Origin: Clostridia bacterium
GTDB taxonomy: Bacteria; Bacillota; Clostridia; Christensenellales; CAG-138
NCBI GenBank assembly: GCA_036804025.1
Contig: DAIRTE010000001.1
Span: forward strand, 2,542-66,541
Reading direction: 5' to 3'
Length of the DNA stretch: 64,000 bases
Below are positions 45,940 through 55,729 of the stretch, piece after piece. A program made the translations under genes and the position numbers. The notes under the pieces were generated by a model, which was not told the origin of the DNA, searched no databases, and was given only the letters and a program-made list of their open reading frames with translations. Numbering within the stretch: the first letter of the stretch is position 1; each line of letters begins with the position of its first letter.

Positions 45940-46815
45940 GTGAAAGATAAGAAAAAGAAGTCTTCCACTTATATCAGCGGCATGCCCTGGGTTCTTCCAG
46001 CACTCTTGTTCCTGGTGGCTATTGTTTATTATTCCATGTGTGATACGTTCGTTCTCTCAACGCTGAACTGGAACGGACTGGATCCAATTCGGACCAGCGT
46101 GGGGCTGAAGAATTTTGTGAAGATGTTTGGTGATCGCGTGTTTTGGATCTGCCTGAAGAACACGGTGATCTATTTTGCCATTACCTTCGTTGTGCAGAAC
46201 ACCCTCGGCTTTGTGTTCGCTGCCATTCTGCACTCCCAGGTAAAACTGTCTACCCTGCATAAGTGCATTATATTTATCCCGACGATTCTGGCGCCTGCGA
46301 CGATGGCTCCTGTATTCCGTCTCCTGTTCTCTCCGCAGGGTCTACTGCAGTCTACTTTCAATTTTCTGCACCTGCAGATTACAGTAGACTGGCTGGCAGA
46401 CCCCAATGCAGCGCTCTTTGTGTTGATGGCTGTAGCAATCTGGGAATTCACCGGCATGAGCTTTATTCTGTACTATGCGGCTATGAGCCAGGTGGATAAG
46501 CAGATTCTGGAAGCGGCGCGGATTGACGGAGCTGGAAATATCCGCACCCTGATTACCATGGTATTCCCGCATTGCAAGGGCACCACGGTTTCCCTGGCTA
46601 TGCTGGGTATTATCGGCGCGCTGAAGACATTCGACATCCCTTACTTAATCACGACCGGCGGCCCCAACCATGCGACGGAGTTTCTCGGCACCTATATATA
46701 CCGGCAGGGTATTCGCCAGTCCCATCTGGGCTATGCGGCGGCTCTGTCTGTGACGCTACTGGTTCTGGCAATCGGAGGTGCGCTTGCCACCAACTATTCG
46801 AGCAAGGGGGACTGA
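45940..46815 (+). CDS. carbohydrate ABC transporter permease (MalF-like)
   Basis: 291 aa, GTG start after gaggtg. EAA loop LEAARIDGAGNIRTLITMVFP. Confidence 0.9.
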   Translation: MKDKKKKSSTYISGMPWVLPALLFLVAIVYYSMCDTFVLSTLNWNGLDPIRTSVGLKNFVKMFGDRVFWICLKNTVIYFAITFVVQNTLGFVFAAILHSQVKLSTLHKCIIFIPTILAPATMAPVFRLLFSPQGLLQSTFNFLHLQITVDWLADPNAALFVLMAVAIWEFTGMSFILYYAAMSQVDKQILEAARIDGAGNIRTLITMVFPHCKGTTVSLAMLGIIGALKTFDIPYLITTGGPNHATEFLGTYIYRQGIRQSHLGYAAALSVTLLVLAIGGALATNYSSKGD

Positions 46816-46819
46816 TGGT

Positions 46820-47608
46820 ATGTTTGAAGTACGTGGTAAGAAAAACAAGATTCTGCTCCAACTGATTTTGTTTATCATGACGATTCCTTATCTGATTCCG
46901 CTGGTACAGATGGTACTGGGTAGTCTGGGCGGACGTGGTTTATATAACTACAAGGCGGTTTGGGATACGGGCATTGTTCCTATCGTTTTCCGCAACACGG
47001 CGATTATTTCCGCCAGTGTGATTGCTCTTGTATATGCGTTTAGTATGACTGCCGGTTTTGGCTTTGCAAAGCTGCATATCAAGGGGAAAGAATATTTTTT
47101 CTGGATGATTCTGATTGCGCTGACATTGCCGGAGGTCATATTGCTGACTCCGCTGTTTGTTACCTTTCAGAAGCTGCATATGTATGATACTTTGTTGGCG
47201 GTCATCCTGCCGACTGCTGCGTTGCAACTGCCGTTCACCATTCTATTGGCCAGAAAGTTTAACGAGGGCATTCCCGGAGAGCTAATGGAAGCGGCGAGAA
47301 TTGACGGCGCCAGCATCTGGCAGGTATTCACACAAGTGATTCTGCCAATGACGAAGCCGATTGCCTCTGCAATCATTGTGTTGACGCTGATCAACGCTTG
47401 GAATGCCTATTTGCTGCCGCTGCTGTTCTTACAGAGTCCCAATCTGCAGGTGGTTACCCTGCTGCCGCAGTATTTCCAGGGCGAGTTTACCAACGACCAG
47501 ACCAAGATTCTGGCGGCAGCGGTCATGACGGCCATTCCCGAAATTACGGCCTATCTGCTGTTGCAGAAAAATTTTGAAAAGGGCATGATCGCCGGAGCGC
47601 TCAAGTAA
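46820..47608 (+). CDS. carbohydrate ABC transporter permease (MalG-like)
   Basis: ATG 46820 follows aaggggg; the ORF is open from 46778. EAA loop MEAARIDGASIWQVFTQVILP. Confidence 0.9.
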   Translation: MFEVRGKKNKILLQLILFIMTIPYLIPLVQMVLGSLGGRGLYNYKAVWDTGIVPIVFRNTAIISASVIALVYAFSMTAGFGFAKLHIKGKEYFFWMILIALTLPEVILLTPLFVTFQKLHMYDTLLAVILPTAALQLPFTILLARKFNEGIPGELMEAARIDGASIWQVFTQVILPMTKPIASAIIVLTLINAWNAYLLPLLFLQSPNLQVVTLLPQYFQGEFTNDQTKILAAAVMTAIPEITAYLLLQKNFEKGMIAGALK

Positions 47609-47697
47609 AATCGATCGACTCCGCTTGAGTCGGACATCCACCCGACCCTTCCACAGGCCGGGTGTAGCGAAGCTGTCGAATCAGAAAGGAAAATTAT

Positions 47698-48441
47698 ATG
47701 GAAAAGCTGTTAAATCACGAGTTGTGCGTGGTCACAGGCGCAGGCAACGGCATTGGAAGAGCCATTGCCGAGCGCTTTCTGGCGGAGGGTGCAGATGTGA
47801 TTGTGGGCGAGTACGATCTGGAACATGCGCGGAAGGTCTATGGCGGCAATCCACAGGTGCTGGAAATTGTGCAGATGGATGCCACAAAGATAGAGGATCT
47901 GGAGCGGTTGGGGGAAGCGGTGCGCCTGACCGGTCGAAAGGTGAAAGCGGTTGTACCGGTGGTGGGCAATGGCCCCCAGAACCCAATCCCGGAAATCACG
48001 CCGGAGCTTTTTAACCGCACCATGAATCTGAACGTGTTTTCCGCATTTTTTACGGTGCAAAAAATACTGCCCAACATGGCGGAGAAATCCTCGATTGTGC
48101 TGATTTCTTCCATTGCCGGGTTCCAGGGCGGTAAAAACGCACTTGTCTATAATGCAGCCAAGGCCGCGGTCCGGTCTATGGCCCGTTCGTTTGCCGGAGA
48201 GCTGGCGGAGCGCGGCATTCGCGCCAATGCGATCAGCCCCGGCCCGACGGAAACAAAGGCATTTACCGATTTCGTCCATGGCGACGCAGACGCTTACCGC
48301 GCTGTGGTGTCCCAGATTCCGCTGGGACATATTGGCCAGCCGGAAGAAATTGCCGCGATTGCGCTGTTTCTGGCATCCGACCAGTCCTCTTATGTGACCG
48401 GCGCGGAGATCATAGCAGACGGCGGCTTTACAAACAAATAA
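47698..48441 (+). CDS. SDR-family oxidoreductase
   Basis: 247 aa. TGAGNGIGRAIA cofactor motif, catalytic YNAAKAAV, and PG motif ISPGPTET. Confidence 0.9.
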   Translation: MEKLLNHELCVVTGAGNGIGRAIAERFLAEGADVIVGEYDLEHARKVYGGNPQVLEIVQMDATKIEDLERLGEAVRLTGRKVKAVVPVVGNGPQNPIPEITPELFNRTMNLNVFSAFFTVQKILPNMAEKSSIVLISSIAGFQGGKNALVYNAAKAAVRSMARSFAGELAERGIRANAISPGPTETKAFTDFVHGDADAYRAVVSQIPLGHIGQPEEIAAIALFLASDQSSYVTGAEIIADGGFTNK

Positions 48442-48472
48442 ACAAAACAAAAAAAACAGGAGATTGAACACA

Positions 48473-48934
48473 ATGGCGCTCTCTTCAACAAGCATCGTGA
48501 AGGTAATCGTCGTAACCGATGATCTGGACAAAACGGCAGCCGGCTATAAAACATTGCTGGGAACCGGTACTGCCCCCGCTGAGGATGGGGAACACAAGAT
48601 GGTAAGAACACCTTTTACCAAGTACATGGGCAAGGATATTTCCGATATGCCCATGCGCGTGGAGAGTGTTTTTTGCGATAATTTCTGGTTTGAAATCATT
48701 CAGCCAATGGGCGGAAACGACCCCTGGGCTGCATGGTTAAAGGAGCATGGCACCTCCATTTGCTCGGTATGCCTCATGTCCGGCGGGCTTTTGGAGGCAG
48801 ACGAGGACGTTATGCAACAGGCCGGATATGCCTCCATCTTCAAGCAGGAGAAGGGTTACGAAGCCTATGAGTATTTTGACACTTCCAAGGATCTGGGCGT
48901 ACTGGTGGAAGTGAAGGAACACTACAAAGACTAA
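48473..48934 (+). CDS. VOC-family protein
   Basis: About 153 aa with a glyoxalase-fold pattern. ATG 48473 lies 10 nt after aggag; the ORF is open from TTG 48464. Confidence 0.65.
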   Translation: MALSSTSIVKVIVVTDDLDKTAAGYKTLLGTGTAPAEDGEHKMVRTPFTKYMGKDISDMPMRVESVFCDNFWFEIIQPMGGNDPWAAWLKEHGTSICSVCLMSGGLLEADEDVMQQAGYASIFKQEKGYEAYEYFDTSKDLGVLVEVKEHYKD

Positions 48935-48974
48935 AAATCGATCACAAACGATGTTGGAAGTACGGGTGGAGAGA

Positions 48975-49688
48975 ATGGGACAGAATGTATTGATTACCGG
49001 CACGGGCAGAAAGCAGGCGCTGGGCTATAATCTGGTGCTGCGGTATCTGCAGCAGGGCGACACGGTGTTTGCCGGCGTTCGCAAACCATCGGAGGCGCTG
49101 AATTCACTGCAGGCGGAATATCCCAAAACGCTGCATATCCTGACCATGGACATCGGCAGCACCGCTTCCGTAGAGGCGGCGGTGCAAGCGGTGGCGGCAA
49201 AGGTAGCTTGCGTGGATCTTTTGATTAACAATGCCGTGATCGTATCGCCGGACTATGATAAAACGCTGGAACAGGCGAATTTGGATTACATTGCCGGCGT
49301 GGTGGATGTGGACGCGGTTGGCCCCCTGCGGGTTACGAAGGCGCTGCTGCCGCTTTTGCGAAAGAGCGAGGCTGCCCTTGTTGTCAACATTTCCTCCGAA
49401 GCGGGCAGCATCGGCAGATGCTACCGTACCGATATGATTGATTACGGCATGGCAAAGGCGGCGCTGAACATGGCAACGATGGTTCTGCGCAATACCTTTC
49501 GAAATGACGGCAATCTGAACGCCATCAGTCTCCATCCCGGTTGGGTTCGCACGAATGAAGGTAATGCAGGCGCTCCATTGATTCCCTATGACCATGCGGA
49601 GCTCTTGCGGCTGTTGTTTGAAGAGAGACGGCGCGACAAAGCGGGAGACGCGTTTATCACCTATGAAGGGGAAGCTTATCCCTGGTAA
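48975..49688 (+). CDS. SDR-family oxidoreductase (atypical glycine motif)
   Basis: VLITGTGRKQALGYNL, NNAV, and catalytic YGMAKAAL. ATG 48975 follows ggtggagag. Confidence 0.85.
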   Translation: MGQNVLITGTGRKQALGYNLVLRYLQQGDTVFAGVRKPSEALNSLQAEYPKTLHILTMDIGSTASVEAAVQAVAAKVACVDLLINNAVIVSPDYDKTLEQANLDYIAGVVDVDAVGPLRVTKALLPLLRKSEAALVVNISSEAGSIGRCYRTDMIDYGMAKAALNMATMVLRNTFRNDGNLNAISLHPGWVRTNEGNAGAPLIPYDHAELLRLLFEERRRDKAGDAFITYEGEAYPW

Positions 49689-49708
49689 CTGGAAAGGACG
49701 ATTGGCAG

Positions 49709-50974
49709 ATGGAGAATAAAACGTATCCGCACAGAATTGCATCTCAAATGCTCCGAATTACGGACAGGGAAGGGAAGCCTCTGACCAATGCTGCGGTGGA
49801 ATATCGCCTGGTGAATCATGAATTTCTGTTTGGCAGCGGCGCGTTTGACAGCCTGCCTGCTACGGCGCCGGGGCAATTCGGGCACATCGACTTCTATCAG
49901 GATCGGATCAACCCGGATCAGCAATTCTACCGGGATCGGATGGACAAGTGGCTGCAGGTGTTCAATTACGGGACAATTCCCTTTTACTGGGGTGGATTCG
50001 AACCCAGGGAAGGCGAAGCGCTGACGCAAAGCCGGTTGTCCGCGGCCCGTTTTTTAAAGGAGCGGAAGGTACGGGTTAAGGGGCATCCCCTGTGCTGGCA
50101 TAGCATTTGCGCAGATTGGCTGATGGAGTACGACAACGCTACCATTCTAAAGAAGCAGATCGACCGGATTCATAGAGAAGTATCCGCTTTTCGTGGCGTG
50201 ATCGATCTGTGGGACGTCATCAACGAAGTGGTGATTATGCCCGTATATGACCGTTACGATAATGCGATTACCCGTATTTGCAAGGAATATGGTCGGGTTC
50301 CGCTCGTCAAGACCGTATTTAAAGCGGCGAAGGAAGCAAATCCGGACGCGGTACTATTGATCAACGATTTCAATCTGTCGGAAAAATACCGGGATTTGAT
50401 CGCCGCCTGTCTGGACGCCGGAGTGCCCATCTCGGCAATCGGCCTGCAGACCCACCAGCATCAGGGGTATATGGGCCGGGAACGGCTCGAGGAAATTTTA
50501 GAACGATTCTCCTGCTTCGATCTTCCGCTGCATTTTACGGAGAATACCCTGCTTTCCGGAGATCTCATGCCGCCGGAGATTGTGGACCTGAACGATTATC
50601 AGGTGGAACGATGGCCGTCTACCCCGGAAGGGGAAGAGCGCCAGTGCCGGGAATGGAAGGAAATGTATCAGGTTCTCTTTGGTCACCCCTTGGTGGAGGC
50701 GGTTACCGGCTGGGATTTTGCGGACGGCGCCTGGCTCCATGCACCCAGCGGTGTGATTCGGGAGGACAACTCGATCAAGCCTGCCTATCGAGAGTTAAAG
50801 CGGCTGATTCATGAAGAGTGGACATCCTCCGGTGTGCTGCATACGGATGCAGACGGAATGGCGCAACTCCGGGGATACCGGGGCACGTATGCCATTTCAC
50901 AAGCAGACGCAAAAGCAGAATACACACTGAAAAAAGGCGAGGGACTCTCCGCTCAAACAATAAGACTGAACTAG
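49709..50974 (+). CDS. GH10-like glycoside hydrolase (clan GH-A), cytoplasmic
   Basis: 421 aa. Collinear GH10 blocks: GHPLCWHS, WDVINEV (acid/base), INDFN, IGLQTHQH, HFTEN (nucleophile position). No signal peptide. Confidence 0.7.
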   Translation: MENKTYPHRIASQMLRITDREGKPLTNAAVEYRLVNHEFLFGSGAFDSLPATAPGQFGHIDFYQDRINPDQQFYRDRMDKWLQVFNYGTIPFYWGGFEPREGEALTQSRLSAARFLKERKVRVKGHPLCWHSICADWLMEYDNATILKKQIDRIHREVSAFRGVIDLWDVINEVVIMPVYDRYDNAITRICKEYGRVPLVKTVFKAAKEANPDAVLLINDFNLSEKYRDLIAACLDAGVPISAIGLQTHQHQGYMGRERLEEILERFSCFDLPLHFTENTLLSGDLMPPEIVDLNDYQVERWPSTPEGEERQCREWKEMYQVLFGHPLVEAVTGWDFADGAWLHAPSGVIREDNSIKPAYRELKRLIHEEWTSSGVLHTDADGMAQLRGYRGTYAISQADAKAEYTLKKGEGLSAQTIRLN

Positions 50975-51054
50975 CTTCTTTTTCGAAAGTGTGAATCAGA
51001 TTAGACGATCATACCGGAACGCATTTAAAAATATAGAAGAAAGAGGTTGATTTG

Positions 51055-52449
51055 ATGTTGCAGAGAATGAAACCAAGAATTGGTATTCTTGCGCTGATGC
51101 AGGGCTTGTACGATCATTCGCAGCCGGAAATCCCGGCAAATCAGACGAAGTTTGTTCAAGATGTGATCCGTCGGCTGGCCGAAGTCGTAGACGTTGATTT
51201 TCCGGGTCTCTCAAAAGAACGACCGGACGCAGAACGCATCGTGAAGCATTTCAACGAAGCGAATCTCGACGGTATTATGGTCATCAACACCCTATACTCG
51301 CCGGGGCTACGGATCGTTCAAGCATTCAAGCAAAACAATCTGCCGGTATTGCTCGCGAATATCCAGCCGTTACCCGATGTGACGGATGACTGGAATTGGA
51401 GTCGCTTGACAACCAATCAGGGGATTCACGGCATACAGGATACCGCCAACATGCTCATGCGGCTTGGCTATCAGCCCGCAATTATCACGGAGGACTGGAA
51501 GAGCGACCGCTTCAAAACGTTCGTGAAAGATTGGGCGTTAGCGGCCGGTACAGCGCGGCGCCTGAAGAGCTGCCGCCTGGCACTGATGCAAAAAATGCAA
51601 AACATGGGCGACATTCTGGGCGACGAGGTGGCTTATTTCCAGAAATTTGGGATTGAGGTATTGCACGAAGGCGTAGGCCAAATCGTGTCCTACATGGATC
51701 AGGTTTCGGAGTCCGAAGTCGATGCGCAGATTGCGGAAGACAAACGGAATTTCGAAGTCCGGAATGTGCCTGAAAAGAATCACCGCTATGCTGCCAAACT
51801 ACAGTTGGCATTCGAGAAGTTCTTGGAAGCAAAGAAGTACGACGGCTTTTCCGCCAATTTCATGATCTATGAAGAAGACGGACGATTGGATCAGCTCCCG
51901 ATTCTGGGCGCCTGCAACATGATGGCGAAGGGATACGCCTATTCCGCAGAAGGCGACGTTCATATTTTGGCATTGATGGCAGCCGGACATCTGTTGATTG
52001 GCAATCCGCATTTCACGGAGATGTATTCGCTCGATTTTGGTCGTGACGCCTGTATGTTTGCCCATATGGGCGAGGGGAACTGGAAGATCGCGCGCAAGGA
52101 CCGGCCGGTTGTGCTGATTGACCGTCCTCTGGACATCGGCAACAAGGACAACCCACCAACACCCATTTTTGGCGCCGAGCTGGGAACAACCACGGTCGCT
52201 TCACTGGTACCGATTTGCGGCGATCAATATCGCTTGGTTGCGATGCGCGGCGAAGTGCTGGATACGCCAATGATTGCGGGCATTCCGATGAACCATACGT
52301 TCTTTCGGCCGGACAGCGGCGTAAAATCCGCAATGGATTGCTGGCTGAAGTACGGCGGCACGCATCATCAGGTGATGTGGACCGGAGATCACCTGAGTCG
52401 ATTGGAGCAGCTGAGCCATATTTGGGGAATTGAGTTCGTGACGGTTTGA
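51055..52449 (+). CDS. L-arabinose isomerase (AraA)-family sugar isomerase
   Basis: Collinear with E. coli AraA. Metal-site blocks: AEGD (vs GEGD), FTEMY (vs FMEDY), AHMGE (vs SHMLE), GGTHHQV (vs GGAHHTV). ATG 51055 follows aagagg. Confidence 0.8.
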   Translation: MLQRMKPRIGILALMQGLYDHSQPEIPANQTKFVQDVIRRLAEVVDVDFPGLSKERPDAERIVKHFNEANLDGIMVINTLYSPGLRIVQAFKQNNLPVLLANIQPLPDVTDDWNWSRLTTNQGIHGIQDTANMLMRLGYQPAIITEDWKSDRFKTFVKDWALAAGTARRLKSCRLALMQKMQNMGDILGDEVAYFQKFGIEVLHEGVGQIVSYMDQVSESEVDAQIAEDKRNFEVRNVPEKNHRYAAKLQLAFEKFLEAKKYDGFSANFMIYEEDGRLDQLPILGACNMMAKGYAYSAEGDVHILALMAAGHLLIGNPHFTEMYSLDFGRDACMFAHMGEGNWKIARKDRPVVLIDRPLDIGNKDNPPTPIFGAELGTTTVASLVPICGDQYRLVAMRGEVLDTPMIAGIPMNHTFFRPDSGVKSAMDCWLKYGGTHHQVMWTGDHLSRLEQLSHIWGIEFVTV

Positions 52450-52572
52450 CACCAAGCTCAAAATCGAAACATTCCACCCAATAACGGGGTGCTGATACGG
52501 CAGGGCCATAACAGATACCTGCTATGGCCCTTTTTTCACGCAAGAAGCTTGGGGGAACGAAAGGAGAATTCC

Positions 52573-52968
52573 ATGAAAATCACCGCAGTAGACCATATCA
52601 CAATCAATTGTTACAAGCTTCCGGAAAGCATCGATTTCTACGAAAATGTGCTTGGACTGAGCCTGATCCAGATCGTTGACTTGGGGGATCACGTGCTCCA
52701 CCTATACCAGCTGCCCGGGGTAAAGCTTGAGCTGATTGAGTACAAGGATGAACAAAAGCACATCGTTACTGGAAAGACGGATATCGGGATTTACCGGCAT
52801 TTTGCGATTCGCGTGGATGACATCGAAGAAGCGTATCGGCGCTGTCGGGAGGCGGGCTGCCCCATCAATCTACCGCCCACAAAAATCAAACAACTGAACG
52901 ACATGCTCATTATGCTGATTGTCGATCCAAACGGTGTTGAAGTTGAGATAATTCAGGAGAAGGATTGA
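52573..52968 (+). CDS. VOC-family protein (glyoxalase I-like)
   Basis: 131 aa. MKITAVDHITINCYKLPESIDFYENVLGL, HFAIRVDD, and a C-terminal VEVEII. ATG 52573 follows aaggag; the ORF is open from 52489. Confidence 0.8.
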   Translation: MKITAVDHITINCYKLPESIDFYENVLGLSLIQIVDLGDHVLHLYQLPGVKLELIEYKDEQKHIVTGKTDIGIYRHFAIRVDDIEEAYRRCREAGCPINLPPTKIKQLNDMLIMLIVDPNGVEVEIIQEKD

Positions 52969-53061
52969 TTCGCCGTCTTGTCTTGACGGAGAAACGGATC
53001 GATTGTGCCGAAATACTTCTTGAATGATCTTGCCAAAGAGGTCGCCAAAGGAGAAATCAAA

Positions 53062-54591
53062 ATGAAAGACATATTGCTGATGTCGGTAGACCTGGGGACC
53101 AGTTTTATAAAAGTTGGCGTATATAATACGGATAGTAGATGCGTCGCATCCGAAATCGAGCCGGTAAAGGATTACCGCCCAAGCCCCGGTGTGTTTATAC
53201 AAAAGGGCGAGGAATTATTCGCATCCGTGCTTGCCTGTATCAAGAAGACGGCGCATACGCTAGTGGCGCGCGCGCAAACGATAGAAGCAATTGCCTTTAC
53301 CGGCCAGATGTCCGGCTTTATGGGCGTTGACGAACACTGGAATGATATCACGACGTGGTCCTGCTCGCTGGACAGCCGTTATATGCCTTATGCGGAGCGT
53401 CAAATGGCGCAGCTTCGGGACCCGTTTTTGGAGATTGGCGGAACGAACTTTCCGCAAATGGCGCCAAAGTTCGAGTGGTTTTTAAAAGAGTTTCCACTTG
53501 AAAGCAAGAAGATTGCGAAGTATTTGATGATCTCCGGGTATGTCATTGGCAAGCTGGGTGATCTGCCGATTGAAGAAGCGGTGATCGACCGAACGTTCAC
53601 GCAATGGACCGGCCTCGCGAATGTCAGAAACGACAGCTGGTCCGAACAACTATGCGATGCCATTGAGCTAGATCGAAGATTTCTGCCGAGAATTGTGAGG
53701 TCAAATGACATCTGCGGTTATCTTTCTGCAAGCAGCGCAAGAGAGACCGGATTGAAAGCGGGGATTCCGCTGGTTTCGGGTGCTGGGGATAAACCCGCGG
53801 GCTGTCTTGGCGCGGCAATCGTGACGCCGGGAGACATGATTTTTGAAGCATCGTCCTACGGCGAAATCAGCTGCTGTGTGGAGGAATACCGGCCGGACTT
53901 TATCGAAAGACGTCTGGATGTGATCCCGTCTGCGATCCCCGGCGAGTTTTACGCGACGCATTTTGTGGCCGGATCGGGCATTACGCTGGACTGGTTCATG
54001 AATACGTTTGTCCGGCAGGACGGCGTTCGTACAAAGGAAATGTTTGCAGACATGGAGGAAAAAGTTGCAGGCATTGAACCCGGATGCGATGGAGTAATGG
54101 CCCTTGGATTATTGGGCGGCAGCAGTATGCCGCTGGACGGAACACTAAGAGGACTCTGGATGGGCCACGACTGGAGCCATAAGAAAGAGCATTTCTATCG
54201 TGCGTTGCTCGAGAGCTTTTCGTATGACTTTGCGCTCTGCATTCGAAGCATAGAGAGACTATACCCGGAATATCAACTCAACGATATTCGCATGATCGGC
54301 GGCGGCGCCAAATCATCCGTTTGGCCGCAGATGTGCGCCGATGTTCAAGGGAAAACGTATCAATTGCTCAACAGGGAAGATGTTGCCATGTGGGGCGCGG
54401 CAATGCTCGCGGGGAACGCGATTGGCGTGTTTGGCGATTTGAAACAGACCGCAAAAACACATGTAAAAGTGGAGAAGGAATTCAAGCCGGACTTCATCAA
54501 AAAAGCGAAGTACGACAGGTATTTGTCTATCTATGAAACGTACATGGTCGAGCTACATGATTTCTTTGCCCGATTACAGAGCATTCAATAA
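53062..54591 (+). CDS. FGGY-family carbohydrate kinase (xylulokinase-like)
   Basis: DLGTSFIKVGVY phosphate-1 motif and MIGGGAKSSVWPQM. ATG 53062 follows aaaggag. Confidence 0.88.
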   Translation: MKDILLMSVDLGTSFIKVGVYNTDSRCVASEIEPVKDYRPSPGVFIQKGEELFASVLACIKKTAHTLVARAQTIEAIAFTGQMSGFMGVDEHWNDITTWSCSLDSRYMPYAERQMAQLRDPFLEIGGTNFPQMAPKFEWFLKEFPLESKKIAKYLMISGYVIGKLGDLPIEEAVIDRTFTQWTGLANVRNDSWSEQLCDAIELDRRFLPRIVRSNDICGYLSASSARETGLKAGIPLVSGAGDKPAGCLGAAIVTPGDMIFEASSYGEISCCVEEYRPDFIERRLDVIPSAIPGEFYATHFVAGSGITLDWFMNTFVRQDGVRTKEMFADMEEKVAGIEPGCDGVMALGLLGGSSMPLDGTLRGLWMGHDWSHKKEHFYRALLESFSYDFALCIRSIERLYPEYQLNDIRMIGGGAKSSVWPQMCADVQGKTYQLLNREDVAMWGAAMLAGNAIGVFGDLKQTAKTHVKVEKEFKPDFIKKAKYDRYLSIYETYMVELHDFFARLQSIQ

Positions 54592-54661
54592 AGCAGTTTT
54601 ACCGTCAAATTAGATTTTTAGAAACATCCTTGCAGGAAAGCGGAGAAAAAGAGAGTTTAAC

Positions 54662-55720
54662 ATGAACAATACGATGAAAGCCATTCGAATGTATGCGCCG
54701 CGGGATCTTCGATTGGAACAGGTGCCGATTCCCCAAATAAAGGAGAATGAAGCGCTGGTTCAGATTATGGCAGTGGGCATTTGCGGCTCGGATATTCCGC
54801 GCATCAACCAATATGGCGCGCATATCTCCCCGATCATCCCGGGACACGAATTCTCCGGTGTGCTTGTGGAAGCGGGGAAGGACGTCCGGAATTTCAAAAT
54901 CGGCGACCGCGTGACCGTTCCGCCGCTTCTGCCTTGCTTTTCGTGCGAATTTTGTCATCAGGGTCACTATTCGCTTTGCAAAAACTACCTATATTTCGGT
55001 TCACGCAACGACGGAGCCTTTGCCCAGTACCTTGCCGTGCCCGAAACAAACCTGCTCAAGGTCGCGGACAACGTTTCCTTTGAGGCGGCGGCAACGGCCG
55101 ACCCGTTGGCAAACGCACTGCATGCGGTTGAGCGCGGCGGCTTTCAACCGGGCCATACGGTATGCGTATTCGGCGTCGGTGCAATCGGGCTGTATGCAAT
55201 TCAGTATATGAAGGCGAAGGGCGCCACCGTTGCTGTCGCAGTGGACGTGGATGAAAGAAAACTCGAAGTGGCGCGAAATTGCGGCGCCGACGTAACGATT
55301 GACGGACGGCTGGAAAATGTAGCCGAGAAGGTGTTGGAAGCGACGGACGGCGGAGCGGATGTATGCATAGATGCCTCCGGATTTCCAACGGCGCAGCAAA
55401 ACGCAATTCTGTCGACGGCAAAGCACGGAACCATGGTATTCCTTGGCATATCACATAAGCCTCTGACACTATCGGAGCAGTGCTTGGATTGGGTCATGCG
55501 AGGCGAAAAAACGATTCTGGGGTCCTGGAACTCGTTTTCCAAGCCGTTTCCCGGCTGGGAATGGGAGCTTGCGGTAAAAGCCCTTTCAGACGGAACGGTG
55601 GATGCAGAGAAGGTAATTACCCACAAACTGTCGCTGGAAGAAGCACCAGAAATATTTGAGAAGATCTATCGAAAAGAACTGTTCTTTAACAAAGTTCTAT
55701 TTCTGCCATGGATGGAATGA
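54662..55720 (+). CDS. zinc-dependent medium-chain dehydrogenase (polyol/threonine dehydrogenase-like)
   Basis: 352 aa. GICGSDIPR, GHEFSG, structural-Zn Cys cluster CFSCEFCHQGHYSLC, and Rossmann motif VFGVGAIG. Confidence 0.88.
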   Translation: MNNTMKAIRMYAPRDLRLEQVPIPQIKENEALVQIMAVGICGSDIPRINQYGAHISPIIPGHEFSGVLVEAGKDVRNFKIGDRVTVPPLLPCFSCEFCHQGHYSLCKNYLYFGSRNDGAFAQYLAVPETNLLKVADNVSFEAAATADPLANALHAVERGGFQPGHTVCVFGVGAIGLYAIQYMKAKGATVAVAVDVDERKLEVARNCGADVTIDGRLENVAEKVLEATDGGADVCIDASGFPTAQQNAILSTAKHGTMVFLGISHKPLTLSEQCLDWVMRGEKTILGSWNSFSKPFPGWEWELAVKALSDGTVDAEKVITHKLSLEEAPEIFEKIYRKELFFNKVLFLPWME

Positions 55721-55729
55721 GGAGTGGAT

